NCBI GenBank assembly: GCA_965203445.1
Contig: OZ241883.1
Span: forward strand, 736,001 to 800,000
Source: Candidatus Oxydemutator sp.
Lineage (GTDB): Bacteria; Pseudomonadota; Gammaproteobacteria; Poriferisulfidales; Oxydemutatoraceae
Direction of reading: 5' to 3'
DNA length: 64,000 bases
The notes beneath the pieces were generated by a model. That model was not told the DNA's origin, did no database searches, and saw only the letters and a list, made by a program, of their open reading frames with translations. Below are positions 50,901-60,500 of this stretch, piece after piece; within the stretch, counting starts at the first letter, position 1; every line of letters begins with the position of its first letter. A program made the position numbers and the translations under genes.

Positions 50901-53900
50901 CGCTATTACCGCGCCACCATTGGCGCCCGCCAAACCGCCCGCCCCCCAAACACCCTTTACCCTGCCGGCTTGACCATCTACGCTGCCACCCAGCACGTAA
51001 CACGCCGCCACTCTGCCTTCGTTACGACCCACCAGCGCGCCCGTATGAACTCCTGCCCCCACGCTCACGAAAACGTCCCTCAGGCCCACGTTGCGGATCC
51101 TGCCGCCGACGCCCACGGCACTGAACAAACCCGCGTTATTCAACGACGGGCTCTCAATGCGCAAATTGCTTATGACGTGGCCGTTGCCTTCAAAAACCGC
51201 GGTGTAATACTCTAACGGAGACCCACCCCCTAACGGCGTCCAGTTCCCCACGCTCGACAAATCCAGGTCGTTCGACAACTCGTAGCCGGCGCACGTGCCG
51301 GGACAGGTGCTACTCTCGTTAAAAAATGGAAATGCCTCTTTGTAAGCATCCGCGTCGTCCCCATCAGCCACGCCGAGCAAACCCATACCGCCCAAGTCAT
51401 AGCGGATCGCCGACAACTGCGACGTCGTCGCAACCTCTATTAAATTATCGCCGTCGGGGTCGTAATCCGTCCCGCCGCTCCTTGCGATGACGCTGACGAC
51501 CGCGGAACTGGCGGCGCTCAGACGCAGCCCGTCCAAACCCCTCGGCTCGCTCAAGCGCACGCGGAACGTCTCTCTCCCCTCCGGCCCGTCGCCATCCTCG
51601 ATAGTAATCGTGAAAACCGCGCTGTCGGTGCCCGCCAGAACCACCTGCCCGCTCGTCGCACCGTCAAAATCCGACGCCTCGGCGTGGCCTTCGCCGACGC
51701 CGGTCAACTCCACCGACCAAGTCATCGTCACCGCGGGACCGTAAGCGCCCAATGCCACCGTGTACTCCGCCGCATCGCCCTCGAATGTTCTTTCGGCGCC
51801 CTGCGACAACGTCACCAATACGTCGGCCACCGGGCGCTGCACTCGGATGCCGGTGGTGTTGCCCTTGGGGTAACGCGCGCTTACGCCGCGCAGCACCGGA
51901 TAATCCAGATTGGTACCGAAATCCCACGGGTTGTCGTCGTTCAACGTCAAAACCCCCATCACCGTGCTCGACGTGTCGTCCACGTCCAGACCGCTCCAAG
52001 CGGCATAAATACCCTCGGCCGCGACCGGCGACCGCAACTCCCGGCTCGTCCTGACCGTCGTCGCCGACACGCTATCACCGCCCGACGATAAGCCGCTGCT
52101 ATCCGTGTCAAAGTAACTGCTCTCTATCGCGGTTGACGCGGCCGCGTTGATGCCCACCAGACCGCCGTTGTTACGCGCCACGTGCGACCAGTAAACGGGC
52201 GGCTGCCCCACGCTATCCAATGAATAACTCGCTATGATCTTCCCGCCGGAAGCGTTATAACCCGCCAGACCGCCGGCAGGGCTTGCGGCCACCCTCACGT
52301 CCACGTCGGTGTAACTGGCAATGATCGTTCCCTCATTGTGGCTCACCAGACCACCCGCGCCCCAACCGCCGCTCACATCTCCGTCGCGGTGCCCTCTGCC
52401 CGTCACCCAACACGCCGCCATTTTGCCGCCGTAGTTGACCCCCGCCAACGCGCCCGTCTGTATGCTGCTCCTGTGCACGAACACGTACACGTTCGCCAAG
52501 CCCACGTTGCGGATGACACCGCCTGCGCCCAAGCCCCGGAACAAGCCCACAAAGTGCCAGGGCTTACTCGACAGCACCGCTTCCATATTGCTGATAACGT
52601 GGCCGTTGCCTTCGAACACCGCGTTGTAAAGGTGCTCCTCGGGCAGCCTGCCGCCGACGCGGGGATCAAGCCCTCCGCCCCCTATCGGTTGCCAGGCCAA
52701 GCCCGACAAGTCCAGGTCGTTCAGCAATTCGTAGCCCTTGCAGCCGCTCGCACACGTCTCTTCCACGTCAAAATACGGAAATACGGCTTCGTACGCGGCC
52801 ACGCCTCCATAATCCACGCCGGCCAGGCCTCTGCCTCTCAAGTCATGGGTTATCGCCGCCAACTGCGACGTCGTCGCGACCTCTATCAGACCGTCGTCGT
52901 TGTCGTCATAGTCCCGCCCCTGCGGTGCGATGAAGCTGACGACCGCGGAAGCGGCGACGCTCAAACGAAAGTTGTCCGGACCCCGCAAATCAGAAAGCCG
53001 CACCCGAAAACGCTCCAGCCGTTCCAACCCGTCGTCCCGCGCTATCCCTATCCTGAAAACCACGCCGTCGGTGTCGACCAGAACCACCTCCCCGCTCGTC
53101 GCACCGGAAAAATCGGCCGCGGCGGCGTGGCCGGTGCCGGCACCGGTCAGCTCCACCGACCAATTCATCGTAACCGCGCCGACACTGGGAACGTCAAGTT
53201 CCACCGCATACGTCGCCGTCGAATCTTCCGTTGCCAGAACGTCGCCTCGCTGCGATAGCGTCGCCAATACCGGCGGCTGCAAGCGCCGCTGCACGCCGGT
53301 ACTCGTGGTGTTGCCGGTGGGATAACGCGCGCTCATGCCGCGCAGCACCGGATATTCCGAACTACTCCCGAAATCCCACGGCGCGTCGTCGTTCAAGTCG
53401 TCGTCATCAAGCTGATCCACGCCGTCCACGTTCAACTGGCCCCAACCGGCGTAGATGCCCATAGCCGACGTCGGGCCGCGCAACTCGGCGGACATCCTGG
53501 CGGGCGCACTGTTCGACGACGGCATGCTCGTACCGCAGCACGCACTCAACCCGGCGCGCCGGCGGTCAAAGTAGCTTGACTGAAGCTCCAAAAAGGAAGA
53601 ATCATTAAACCCTGTCAAACCGCCTCTATGACCTCCCCCGCCGGTCGGAACCCCTATCGTGTAGCTGGCGCTCACTACGGACTGGCCCACGCCCACGCCG
53701 CCGCTCACGCTGCCTATCAAACCGCCCGCTCTTTGTCCCCGGCCATGCACCGCCACGTCGCTGTAACTGGCAATCACGGTTCCCCCGAAGATCTCGCCCA
53801 CCAGACCGCCTACCGCCCAGGAACCGGTCACCACCCCGCCGACCGCGTAACTCGCCGCTATCCTGCCGTAGGCAGTCCCCGCCAACGCGCCTACCCCCAC

Positions 53901-56900
53901 GCTTTCAGGCGCATTCACGCTCACGTTCTCGATGCCTACCGAACGGATTTTGCCGCCGGCGCCCAAGATGCCGAACAAGCCCACGTCGTCATAACGATCA
54001 CTGCCGACGGCTCGTGTGAACTTCATGTTCCTGACGACGTGGCCGTTGCCTTCGAATACGGCGTTGTAGCGGGACGACCCCCTGCCTATCGGCGTCCAGT
54101 CCTCACCCGACAAGTCCATATCGTTCGACAACTCGTAGCCTTTGCAATCGCCCGGACACGTCCCGAACTCGTCAGAAAACGGAAATGCCGCGCTATAGGT
54201 GGTCGCATATGCTTCCCTGTCGGGCACGCCGTCGCCGTCCAAGTCATAGCGGATCGCCGACAACTGCGACGTCGTCATAACGTCTATCAGATTGTTGTCG
54301 TCGAGGTCATAATCGTTCCCGTTCCTGGCGATAACACTGTCGACCGCGGAACTGGCGGCATCCAGACGCACGCCGTCCGGGGCTTGCAAACTGCTCAACC
54401 GCACCCGAAACGCCTCCCGTAACTCCAGCGTCTCGTCCTCTGCTATCCCCACCCCGAAAACCGCGCTGTCGGTGCCCGCCAGAACCACCCGCCCTCGCGT
54501 CGCCCCGACAAAATCGGCCGCCTCGGCGTGCCCGGCGCCGACAAGCTCCACCGACCAACTCATCGTCACCACGGCCGCGCCGATGACCTCGTCGTCGGCA
54601 TTCCATTCCACCGCGTACGTCACCGTCGAACCTTCCGCTATCGGACTGCCGCCTCGCTGCGACAACGCCACCGCTACCGGCGGCTGCACGCGCCGCTGCA
54701 CGCCGATACTCGTGGTGTTGCCGGCGGGATAACGCGCGCTCACGCCGCGCAACACCGGATATTGGAAACGATTACCAAAATCCCACGGCGCGTCGTCGTT
54801 CAAGTCGCCGTCGTCGCGCTGATCCACGCGATCCACGTTCAACTGGTCCCAACCGGCGTAGATAGTGCCCGCCGTCGTCGTCGGGGCGTACAAATCACTG
54901 GAAGTCCTGGGCGTATCGTCCGGCGACAGCGGGTTCGTGCCGCAGCACGAACTCTGTTCGCTGCGCACGCGATCAAAGTAGCTCGACTGAATCTCGGCCG
55001 ATGTAGCACGCTTCCCGATCAGACCGCCGATCTCGGAACCGCTCCTTTTCAGCGTCGCCAACGTGTAACTGGCGCTCACTATGCTCATGCCGCTGGCCTC
55101 GCCTACCAGACCACCCAACGGCCGATTCTGGGTATCCACCAACACGTCATCAACATAACTGGCAATTATGATTCCGCTCCCGCCCAATTCGCCCACCAGA
55201 CCGCCTATGCCCCAACCGCCGTGCACCGCACCGCCCGCCACGTAACTCGACACTATCCTGCCGTAGGCAACCCCCGCCAACGCGCCCGTCTGTACGCTGC
55301 CTGGATGCACACTCACGTTCACGTTCACCAAACCCACGTTGCGGACGACACCGGCGACGCCCAGGCCACGGAACAGACCCACAAAGTCCCAACGGGTACT
55401 CACGCCGTTAACGCGGTCGTCAATGCGCATGTTCTCGATGACGTGGCCGTTGCCTTCGAACGTCCCGTGGTAACGGTTCTCATCAGTCAAACCGCCTGGC
55501 AACCGATTGCGCACCCCGCCCCCTATCGGGTTCCAGTCCTCATCCGACAAGTCTATATCGTTCGACAACTCGTAGCCTTTGCAACTGCCCGGACACGTCC
55601 CGAACTCGTCAGAAAACGGAAATGCCGCACTATAGGTGGTCGCATATGCTTCCCCGTCGGGCACGCCGTCGCCGTCCAGATCATAGCGGATCGCCGACAA
55701 CTGCGACGTCGTCGCTACCTCTATCAGATTGTTGTCGTCGAGGTCATAATCCTTCCCGTTCGATGCGATGACGCTGACAACCGCGGAACTGGCGGCATTC
55801 AAACGCACGTTGTCCGGGCCTTGCAAACTGCTCAACCGCACCCGATACGTTTCCCTCTCTTCCGACGTCTCGTCCTCTTTTATCCCTACCCTGAAAACCG
55901 CGCTGTCGGTATTGACCAGAACCACCCGCCCTCGCGTCGCCCCGACAAAATCGGCCGCCTCGGCGTGGCCGGCGCCGACAAGCTCCACCGACCAACTCAT
56001 TGTCACCTCATACCTGATGGGAAAATCCAATTCCACCGCGTACGTTACCGTCGAGCCTTCCGCCACCAGATCGCCGCCTCGCTGCGACAACGCCACCAAT
56101 ATCGGCGGCTGCAAACGCCGCTGCACGCCGGTACTCGTGGTGTTGCCAGTGGGATAACGCGCGCTCATGCCGCGCAGCACCGGATGATCCAAATCACTCC
56201 CGAAATCCCACGGCGCGTCGTTGAAGTCGCCGTCGCCGTCCAGATCCAACCGGTCCCAACCGGCGTAGATGGTGCCCGTCGCCGTCGTCGGGATGCGCAA
56301 CTGGCTGGAAGTCCTGAGCGTATTGTCCGCCGTCGGCGCGTTCGTGCCGCAGCACGAACTCTGTTCGCTGCGCACGCGATCAAAGTAGCTCGACTGAATC
56401 TCGGCCGATGTATCACGGGCACCCACCAGACCGCCGACCTCGACACCACTCCTTTTCAGCGTCGCCAACGTGTAACTGGCGCTCACTATGCTCATGCCGG
56501 AAGCCTTGCCTACCAGACCACCCAACGGCCGCTGCGGGCTATCCACCAACACGTTGGCATAACTCGCCACCACCGTTCCCGTGGCCAACTCGCCCGCCAG
56601 GGCGCCTATGACCCAACCGCCGTGCACCTCGCCGCCCGCCACGTAACTCGACGCTATCCTGCCGTAGACTATCCCCGCCAACGCGCCCGTCAGTACGCTG
56701 TTCGAAGGCACCCTCACGTCCACGTTCACCAAGCCCACGTTGCGGATGACACCGGCCTCGCCCAGGCCTCGGAACAAACCCACAAGGTCCCAACGGGTAC
56801 TCACGCCGTTAACGCGGTCGTCAATGCGCATGTTCTCGATAACGTGGCCGTTGCCCTCGAATACCGCGTTGTAACGGTCCGCAGGCAGCAATCCGTCCGG

Positions 56901-57224
56901 CAACTGATTGCGCCCCCCGCCCCCTATCGGGTTCCAGTCCCTGCCCGACAGGTCCACGTCGTTCAGCAATTCATAACCGTTGCAGGTGCCGGGACAACCC
57001 ATGCCCGGCACGGCGTCGGGAAACGCGGTGCTATAAGCGGCGGGGGCGGCGTTGCCGGCACCCGTCAGATCGTGGGTGATGGCCTGCAACTGCGTCGAAG
57101 TCCTGACGTCTATCAGATTGTTGTCATTGACGTCGTAGTCGACGCTGCCCGTCGGGGTTTGGGCCGCGACGCCGGCGGCAAAAGTCATCAGCAGCAAGCA
57201 CGCGGCAATTCTCATTGTCCACAC
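44952..57224 (-). CDS. Giant secreted modular protein 2: 8 modules plus the same C-terminal domain; probable true start at 57283 is out of frame across a poly-C tract
   Basis: 4090-aa ORF; MRIAACLLLMTFAAGVAA-Q signal peptide; same architecture as gene 1. Confidence 0.85.
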   Translation of the reverse strand: MWTMRIAACLLLMTFAAGVAAQTPTGSVDYDVNDNNLIDVRTSTQLQAITHDLTGAGNAAPAAYSTAFPDAVPGMGCPGTCNGYELLNDVDLSGRDWNPIGGGGRNQLPDGLLPADRYNAVFEGNGHVIENMRIDDRVNGVSTRWDLVGLFRGLGEAGVIRNVGLVNVDVRVPSNSVLTGALAGIVYGRIASSYVAGGEVHGGWVIGALAGELATGTVVASYANVLVDSPQRPLGGLVGKASGMSIVSASYTLATLKRSGVEVGGLVGARDTSAEIQSSYFDRVRSEQSSCCGTNAPTADNTLRTSSQLRIPTTATGTIYAGWDRLDLDGDGDFNDAPWDFGSDLDHPVLRGMSARYPTGNTTSTGVQRRLQPPILVALSQRGGDLVAEGSTVTYAVELDFPIRYEVTMSWSVELVGAGHAEAADFVGATRGRVVLVNTDSAVFRVGIKEDETSEERETYRVRLSSLQGPDNVRLNAASSAVVSVIASNGKDYDLDDNNLIEVATTSQLSAIRYDLDGDGVPDGEAYATTYSAAFPFSDEFGTCPGSCKGYELSNDIDLSDEDWNPIGGGVRNRLPGGLTDENRYHGTFEGNGHVIENMRIDDRVNGVSTRWDFVGLFRGLGVAGVVRNVGLVNVNVSVHPGSVQTGALAGVAYGRIVSSYVAGGAVHGGWGIGGLVGELGGSGIIIASYVDDVLVDTQNRPLGGLVGEASGMSIVSASYTLATLKRSGSEIGGLIGKRATSAEIQSSYFDRVRSEQSSCCGTNPLSPDDTPRTSSDLYAPTTTAGTIYAGWDQLNVDRVDQRDDGDLNDDAPWDFGNRFQYPVLRGVSARYPAGNTTSIGVQRRVQPPVAVALSQRGGSPIAEGSTVTYAVEWNADDEVIGAAVVTMSWSVELVGAGHAEAADFVGATRGRVVLAGTDSAVFGVGIAEDETLELREAFRVRLSSLQAPDGVRLDAASSAVDSVIARNGNDYDLDDNNLIDVMTTSQLSAIRYDLDGDGVPDREAYATTYSAAFPFSDEFGTCPGDCKGYELSNDMDLSGEDWTPIGRGSSRYNAVFEGNGHVVRNMKFTRAVGSDRYDDVGLFGILGAGGKIRSVGIENVSVNAPESVGVGALAGTAYGRIAASYAVGGVVTGSWAVGGLVGEIFGGTVIASYSDVAVHGRGQRAGGLIGSVSGGVGVGQSVVSASYTIGVPTGGGGHRGGLTGFNDSSFLELQSSYFDRRRAGLSACCGTSMPSSNSAPARMSAELRGPTSAMGIYAGWGQLNVDGVDQLDDDDLNDDAPWDFGSSSEYPVLRGMSARYPTGNTTSTGVQRRLQPPVLATLSQRGDVLATEDSTATYAVELDVPSVGAVTMNWSVELTGAGTGHAAAADFSGATSGEVVLVDTDGVVFRIGIARDDGLERLERFRVRLSDLRGPDNFRLSVAASAVVSFIAPQGRDYDDNDDGLIEVATTSQLAAITHDLRGRGLAGVDYGGVAAYEAVFPYFDVEETCASGCKGYELLNDLDLSGLAWQPIGGGGLDPRVGGRLPEEHLYNAVFEGNGHVISNMEAVLSSKPWHFVGLFRGLGAGGVIRNVGLANVYVFVHRSSIQTGALAGVNYGGKMAACWVTGRGHRDGDVSGGWGAGGLVSHNEGTIIASYTDVDVRVAASPAGGLAGYNASGGKIIASYSLDSVGQPPVYWSHVARNNGGLVGINAAASTAIESSYFDTDSSGLSSGGDSVSATTVRTSRELRSPVAAEGIYAAWSGLDVDDTSSTVMGVLTLNDDNPWDFGTNLDYPVLRGVSARYPKGNTTGIRVQRPVADVLVTLSQGAERTFEGDAAEYTVALGAYGPAVTMTWSVELTGVGEGHAEASDFDGATSGQVVLAGTDSAVFTITIEDGDGPEGRETFRVRLSEPRGLDGLRLSAASSAVVSVIARSGGTDYDPDGDNLIEVATTSQLSAIRYDLGGMGLLGVADGDDADAYKEAFPFFNESSTCPGTCAGYELSNDLDLSSVGNWTPLGGGSPLEYYTAVFEGNGHVISNLRIESPSLNNAGLFSAVGVGGRIRNVGLRDVFVSVGAGVHTGALVGRNEGRVAACYVLGGSVDGQAGRVKGVWGAGGLAGANGGAVIASYADVGVHADAHTAGGLIGEAIAGSVVSASYSVGMVSGGRYGGSTVRGGLLGRRNESDADKYDVQASYYDRGRSGQTSCCGGQTPPSSDAQTSRTSLQLRAPTSAVGIYAGWDKLDVDGVDQLDDDDLNDDAPWDFGSGFDYPVLRGVSARFPGGNAAGIGVQRRLQPQVLLTLSQRGADLLTEGQVVEYTVELDGRVSQLVMNWSVEYTGAGDGHAEASDFDGDRDGVLVLTNTSSAVFQVRIADDVRPELRETFRVRVSRFLTSGALRQRLNVASSAVVSVIASHGKNYDADDNGLIDVMTTSQLSAIRYDLRGMGLGGVDGEDVAAVAAYEGAFPFFDEIGACAGGCKGYELLNDVDLSGLAWQPIGGGGLDPRVDGRLPEKYLYKAVFEGNGHVISNMEVNAPNVVWHFVGLFRGLGASGVIRNVGLMGAKVAVHMNSISTGGLAGVNYGGKVAACYVVGEDDQGDVIGSWTVGGLVGGNEGTIIASYANAYVRGAASPTGGLVGYNAPGGKIIASYSLGIVGLARVVWPHATRNDGGLVGQNDAASTAIEASYYDRDSGGLSSGGTNVSATAVRTSRELRSPVAAEGIYAAWSGLNVDDTTGTVMGVLTLNDDNPWDFGTNLDYPVLRGVSERYPDGNTTGIRAQRLAAGVFVTLSQGAGRKSEGEEAEYAVTLSTRGAGAVTMNWSVELTGVGEGHAEALDFDGATSGQVVLVDTASAVFQVGIKEDETPERRETFRVRVSDLQGPDNVRLNPAGSAVVSVIAPNGRDYDPDGNNLINVATTSQLAAIRYDLGGAGLRGVADGDVVAYDEAFPFFDKVKTCAGGCKGYELSNDVDLSSVGNWTPLGGGNPIRYYTAVFEGNGHVVSNLRIQSSLRLDNAGLFGAVSGVGTIRNMGLRDVNVEVGGGSMHTGALVGRNEGKVAACYVTGGSVKGVSATGGLAGANHGTVLASYAAVGVHADGLRSGGLIGRAAAGSVVSASYSIGRVTGGARGGSTYRGGLVGGRDEADAAEYDVQASYFDRARSGQSSCCGENEPSPDRSSRTSIELRAPTAAVGIYAGWDQLDVDGVASTAMGAVTLNDDAPWDFGSGLDYPVLRGVSARYPTGNTTSVGVQRRLQPPVSLTLSQRGADLVTEGQDVEYIVELDVPSVIQLVMNWSVEYTGAGEGHAEALDFDGDRDGFLFLTNTRSAVFQVSIADDGTPERRETFRVKVSGFVASSALRRRLNVASSAVVSVIAPNGKDYDPDGNNLINVATTSQLAAIRYDLGGAGLRGVADGDVVAYDEAFPFFDEAETCAGGCKGYELSNDVDLSSVGNWTPLGGGRPIKYYTAVFEGNGHVVSNLRIQSSLRLDNAGLFGAVSGVGTIRNVGLRDVNVEVGGGSMHTGALVGRNEGKVAACYVTGGSVEGVFAAGGLAGANYGAVLASYAAVGVHADGLRSGGLIGRAAAGSVVSASYSIGRVTGGAHGASTYRGGLVGGRDEADAAEYDVQASYFDRARSGQSSCCGENEPSPDRSSRTSIELRAPTAAVGIYAGWNQLDVDGVASTAMGVVTLNDDAPWDFGSRLDYPVLRGVSARYPGGNTTSIRVQRQRQPLLPVVMLATPAHIRTTESDVELRFEVALSPATTVISGSVTIHYQVSGTATAGADYRDEGRGMVVMAAGTTRAVIRLRLLDDDAIEPEEELVLRLLRVQGDNVAVATTRFSTVVTIANDDRLVVVVNARVYLQGAYGGSRGMSTGLIDVLPRRQPYNVAPWNYSAATTVPHVGEGSGLSGVTSTIVDWVLVELRTGATADAALASAPTPGGRAAGLLLRDGRIAGINEEAATAADALFLDGVRFETELLEGGQVYVSVHHRNHLSVISANALAPGGEGCNAGYCVDFRFAQSHGDGQAEVGQGTYAMFAGDVDRNGVIDERDEVLIRVHNLRSLTSLGAGAYRDPDAAGNYAVDADLDFDGEVLSADRCFVLAPGTQGRCRTFSAP

Positions 57225-57241
57225 CCTGCTATGCGGGATCA

Positions 57242-57262
57242 GGGGGGGGGGGGGGGGGGGGG
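57242..57262 (-). repeat. Homopolymer G21 (C21 on the coding strand) at the 5' end of giant gene 2
   Basis: 21 consecutive G read directly; homologous position in gene 1 is G7 (43580-43586). Confidence 0.85.
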
Positions 57263-57289
57263 TAGGCGGATGTCGCGCACCATGCGCTG

Positions 57290-57295
57290 ATTATA
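57290..57295 (-). promoter_or_regulatory. -10 box TATAAT 6 nt upstream of ATG 57283
   Basis: Plus-strand ATTATA; no convincing -35 found. Confidence 0.5.
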
Positions 57296-57440
57296 ATCCT
57301 GTATGTTCCCTAAAACCGTCCCCCTGAGAAGTCTCCGAAAAACACGGGCGGTTCAAGGTAAGTTGGCGTCGGGCATCAGCGGATAGGCGAGGCGGTCGCT
57401 TCTCTCACTATAATATAGACACGGGGCTTACCACCTTGCG

Positions 57441-57560
57441 TCAGCGGGCGACATCGCGCGCGCGGCCATCGCCATCATCCGCGACGCCGGCGCGCAACCC
57501 TCGGCACTGCTCATCTCCTGCGGCCGCCGCGAAAAAGGCACCGGGGCAACCTCGGCAATG
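57441..57560 (+). pseudogene. pyrE: pyrE relic, copy 3 (longest)
   Basis: SAGDIARAAIAIIRDAGAQPSALLISCGRREKGTGATSAM aligns without gaps to the recalled PyrE segment [40 protein letters not shown]. Confidence 0.6.
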
Positions 57561-57572
57561 CCGACCCGTTGC

Positions 57573-60500
57573 CTACGGCGCCGAAAACGTCCTGCACCGG
57601 CCCTGGGTCCCCGGCGCGAGCACGAAACACCGATCAGCGGACAACACCTCGCCGTCGAAGTCCAAATCCGCGTCCACCGCGTAATTGCCGGCCGCGTCCG
57701 GGTCGCGGTACGCGCCCGCGCCCAACGACGTCAACGACCTCAGGTTGTGCACGCGGATCAATACCTCGTCCCGCTCGTCTACCACGCCGTTGCGATCCAC
57801 GTCGCCCGCGACCATCGCATACGTGCCTTGCCCGACTTCGGCCTGCCGACCCCCGTGCGACTGCGCGAACCGGAAGTCCACGCAGTAGCCGGCGTTACAT
57901 CCCTCGCCGCCGGGCGCCGATGCATTCGCGGATATTACCGACAGGTGGTTGCGGTGGTGCACCAACACGTACACTTCCTGACCTTCGGGCAGCTCCGTCT
58001 CAAAATGCACGCCGTTCAAGAACAGCGTATCCGCCGCCGTCGCCGCCTCCTCGTTGATCCCTGCGATACGACCGTCGCGCAACAGCAAACCCGCGGCGCG
58101 ACCGCCCGTCGTCGGCGCCGATGCCAACGCCGCGTCCGCGGTCGCGCCGGTGCGCACCTCCACCAGCACCCAGTCCACTATCGTCGAGGTTACGCCGCTC
58201 AATCCAGACCCCTCCCCCACGTGCGGCACCGTCGTCGCCGCCGGGTAGTTCCACGGAGCCACGTTATAGGGTTGTCGCCTCGGCAAAACGTCTATCAATC
58301 CGGTGCTCATGCCACGCGAACCCCCATACGCACCCTGCAAATACACGTGCGCGTCCACCACCAACCTGTCGTCGTTGGCTATCGTTACGACCGTCGAAAA
58401 CCGGGTCGTGGCAACCGCAACGCTATCGCCCCGAGTACGCAACAGCCGCAACACCAGCTCCTCCTCCGGTTCTATGACGTAGTCGTCCAACAGGCGCAAC
58501 CGTATCACCGCCCTCGTCGTGCCCACGGCCATCACCACCATACCGCCATCCTCGTCTCTATAATCGGCACCCGCCGTCGCCGTGCCGCTTACCTGATAAT
58601 GGATGGTTACGTCCTCGCCGATAACCGCAGTAGCAGGCGACAAAGCCACCTCGAACCGAAGCTCCACGTCGCTCTCCGTCGTGCGTATATAGGCCGGCGT
58701 CGCCAGCATCACCACCGGTACCGACGGCTGCCTCTGGCGCTGCACGCGGATACTCGTGGTGTTGCCGCCGGGATAACGTATGCTTACACCGCGCAACGCC
58801 GGATAATCGAAACGACTCCCGAAATCCCACGGCGCGTCGTCATTCAACGTCACGACACCCATGGCCGTGCTCGCCACGCCGTCCACGTCCAACTGGTTCC
58901 AACCGGCGTAGATGCCCACGGCCGCCGTCGGCGCGCGCAACTCGATGGACGTCCTGGACGACCGATCCGGCGACGGCTCGTTCTCGCCACAACACGAACT
59001 CTGCCCGCTGCGCTCGTGGTCAAAGTAGCTCGCCTGAACGTCGTATTCGGCCGCGTCGGCTTCATCACGCCCCCCCACCAGGCCGCCCCGGTAGGTGCTT
59101 GCGCCGTGCGCTCCCCCCGTCACCCTGCCTATCGAGTAACTGGCGCTCACCACCGAACCTATGGCGGCCCGGCCTATCAGACCACCCGAGCGGAGCCCAT
59201 CCGCGTGCACTCCCACGGCCGCGTAACTCGCCAATACCGTGCCATGATTGGCACCCGCCAGACCGCCCGTCGCAGAAACACCCTTTACGCTGCCGCCTGT
59301 CACGTAACACGCCGCCACCTTGCCTTCGTTACGACCCACCAACGCCCCCGTATGCATACTGCCGCCACCCACCTCCACGCTCACGTCCCGCAAGCCCACG
59401 TTGCGGATCGTGCCGACGCCGCTTACGGCGCCGAACAAGCCCGCGTTATCCAACCGTAGCGACGACTGGATACGCAAGTTGCTTACGACGTGGCCGTTGC
59501 CTTCAAAAACGGCGGTGTAATACTTTATCGGATTCCCGCCCCCCAACGGCGTCCAGTTCCGCACGCTCGACAAGTCCACGTCGTTCGACAACTCGTAGCC
59601 TTTGCAACCGCCCGCGCAAGTCTCGGCCTCGTCAAAAAACGGAAAGGCCTCGTCGTAGGCAACCACGTCTCCATCAGCCACGCCACGCAAACCCGCGCCG
59701 CCCAAGTCATAGCGGATCGCCGCCAACTGCGACGTCGTCGCAACGTTTATCAGATTGTTGCCGTCGGGATCGTAATCCTTCCCGTTCGGGGCGATGACGC
59801 TGACGACCGCGGAACTGGCGACGTTCAAGCGCTGGCGCAACGCGCTCGACGTCAAAAATCCGCTCACTCTCACTCGAAACGTCTCTCTCCTCTCCGACGT
59901 CCCGTCATCCGCTATCCCTACCCGGAAAACCACGCTGTTGGTATTGGTGAGGAACAGCAACCCATCCCTGTCCCCGTCAAAATCCAACGCCTCGGCGTGG
60001 CCGTCGCCGGCACCGGTGTACTCCACGGACCAACTCATCGCCAACTGGCTGACGCTGGGAACATCCAATTCTACGATGTACTCAACGTCCTGCCCCTCCG
60101 TTACCAGGTCGGCGCCCCGCTGCGACAACGTCAGCGACACCGGCGGCTGCAAGCGCCGTTGCACGCCGGCACTCGTGGTGTTGCCGGTGGGATAACGCGC
60201 GCTCACGCCGCGCAACATCGGATAATCCAAACCACTCCCGAAATCCCACGGCGCGTCGTCGTTCAACGTCCGCACGCCCATGACCGTGCCCGTCGTGTCG
60301 TCCACGTTCAGCTTGTCCCAACCGGCGTATATGCCCATCGCCGCCGTCGGGGCGCGCAACTGGACCGAGGTCCTCGACGTCTGCGCGTCCGACGACGGCA
60401 TGCGCTGGCCACAGCACGATGTCTGCCCGCTGCGCCCGCGGTCATAGTAGCTTGCCTGAACGTCGTATACGGCGTCGTCGGTTTCGTTACGCTGCCCCAC

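Noticed and set aside
27249-57224. RTX/T1SS substrate or autotransporter
   Set aside because: N-terminal signal peptides present; no GGxGxD nonamer runs or C-terminal barrel ending in an aromatic residue
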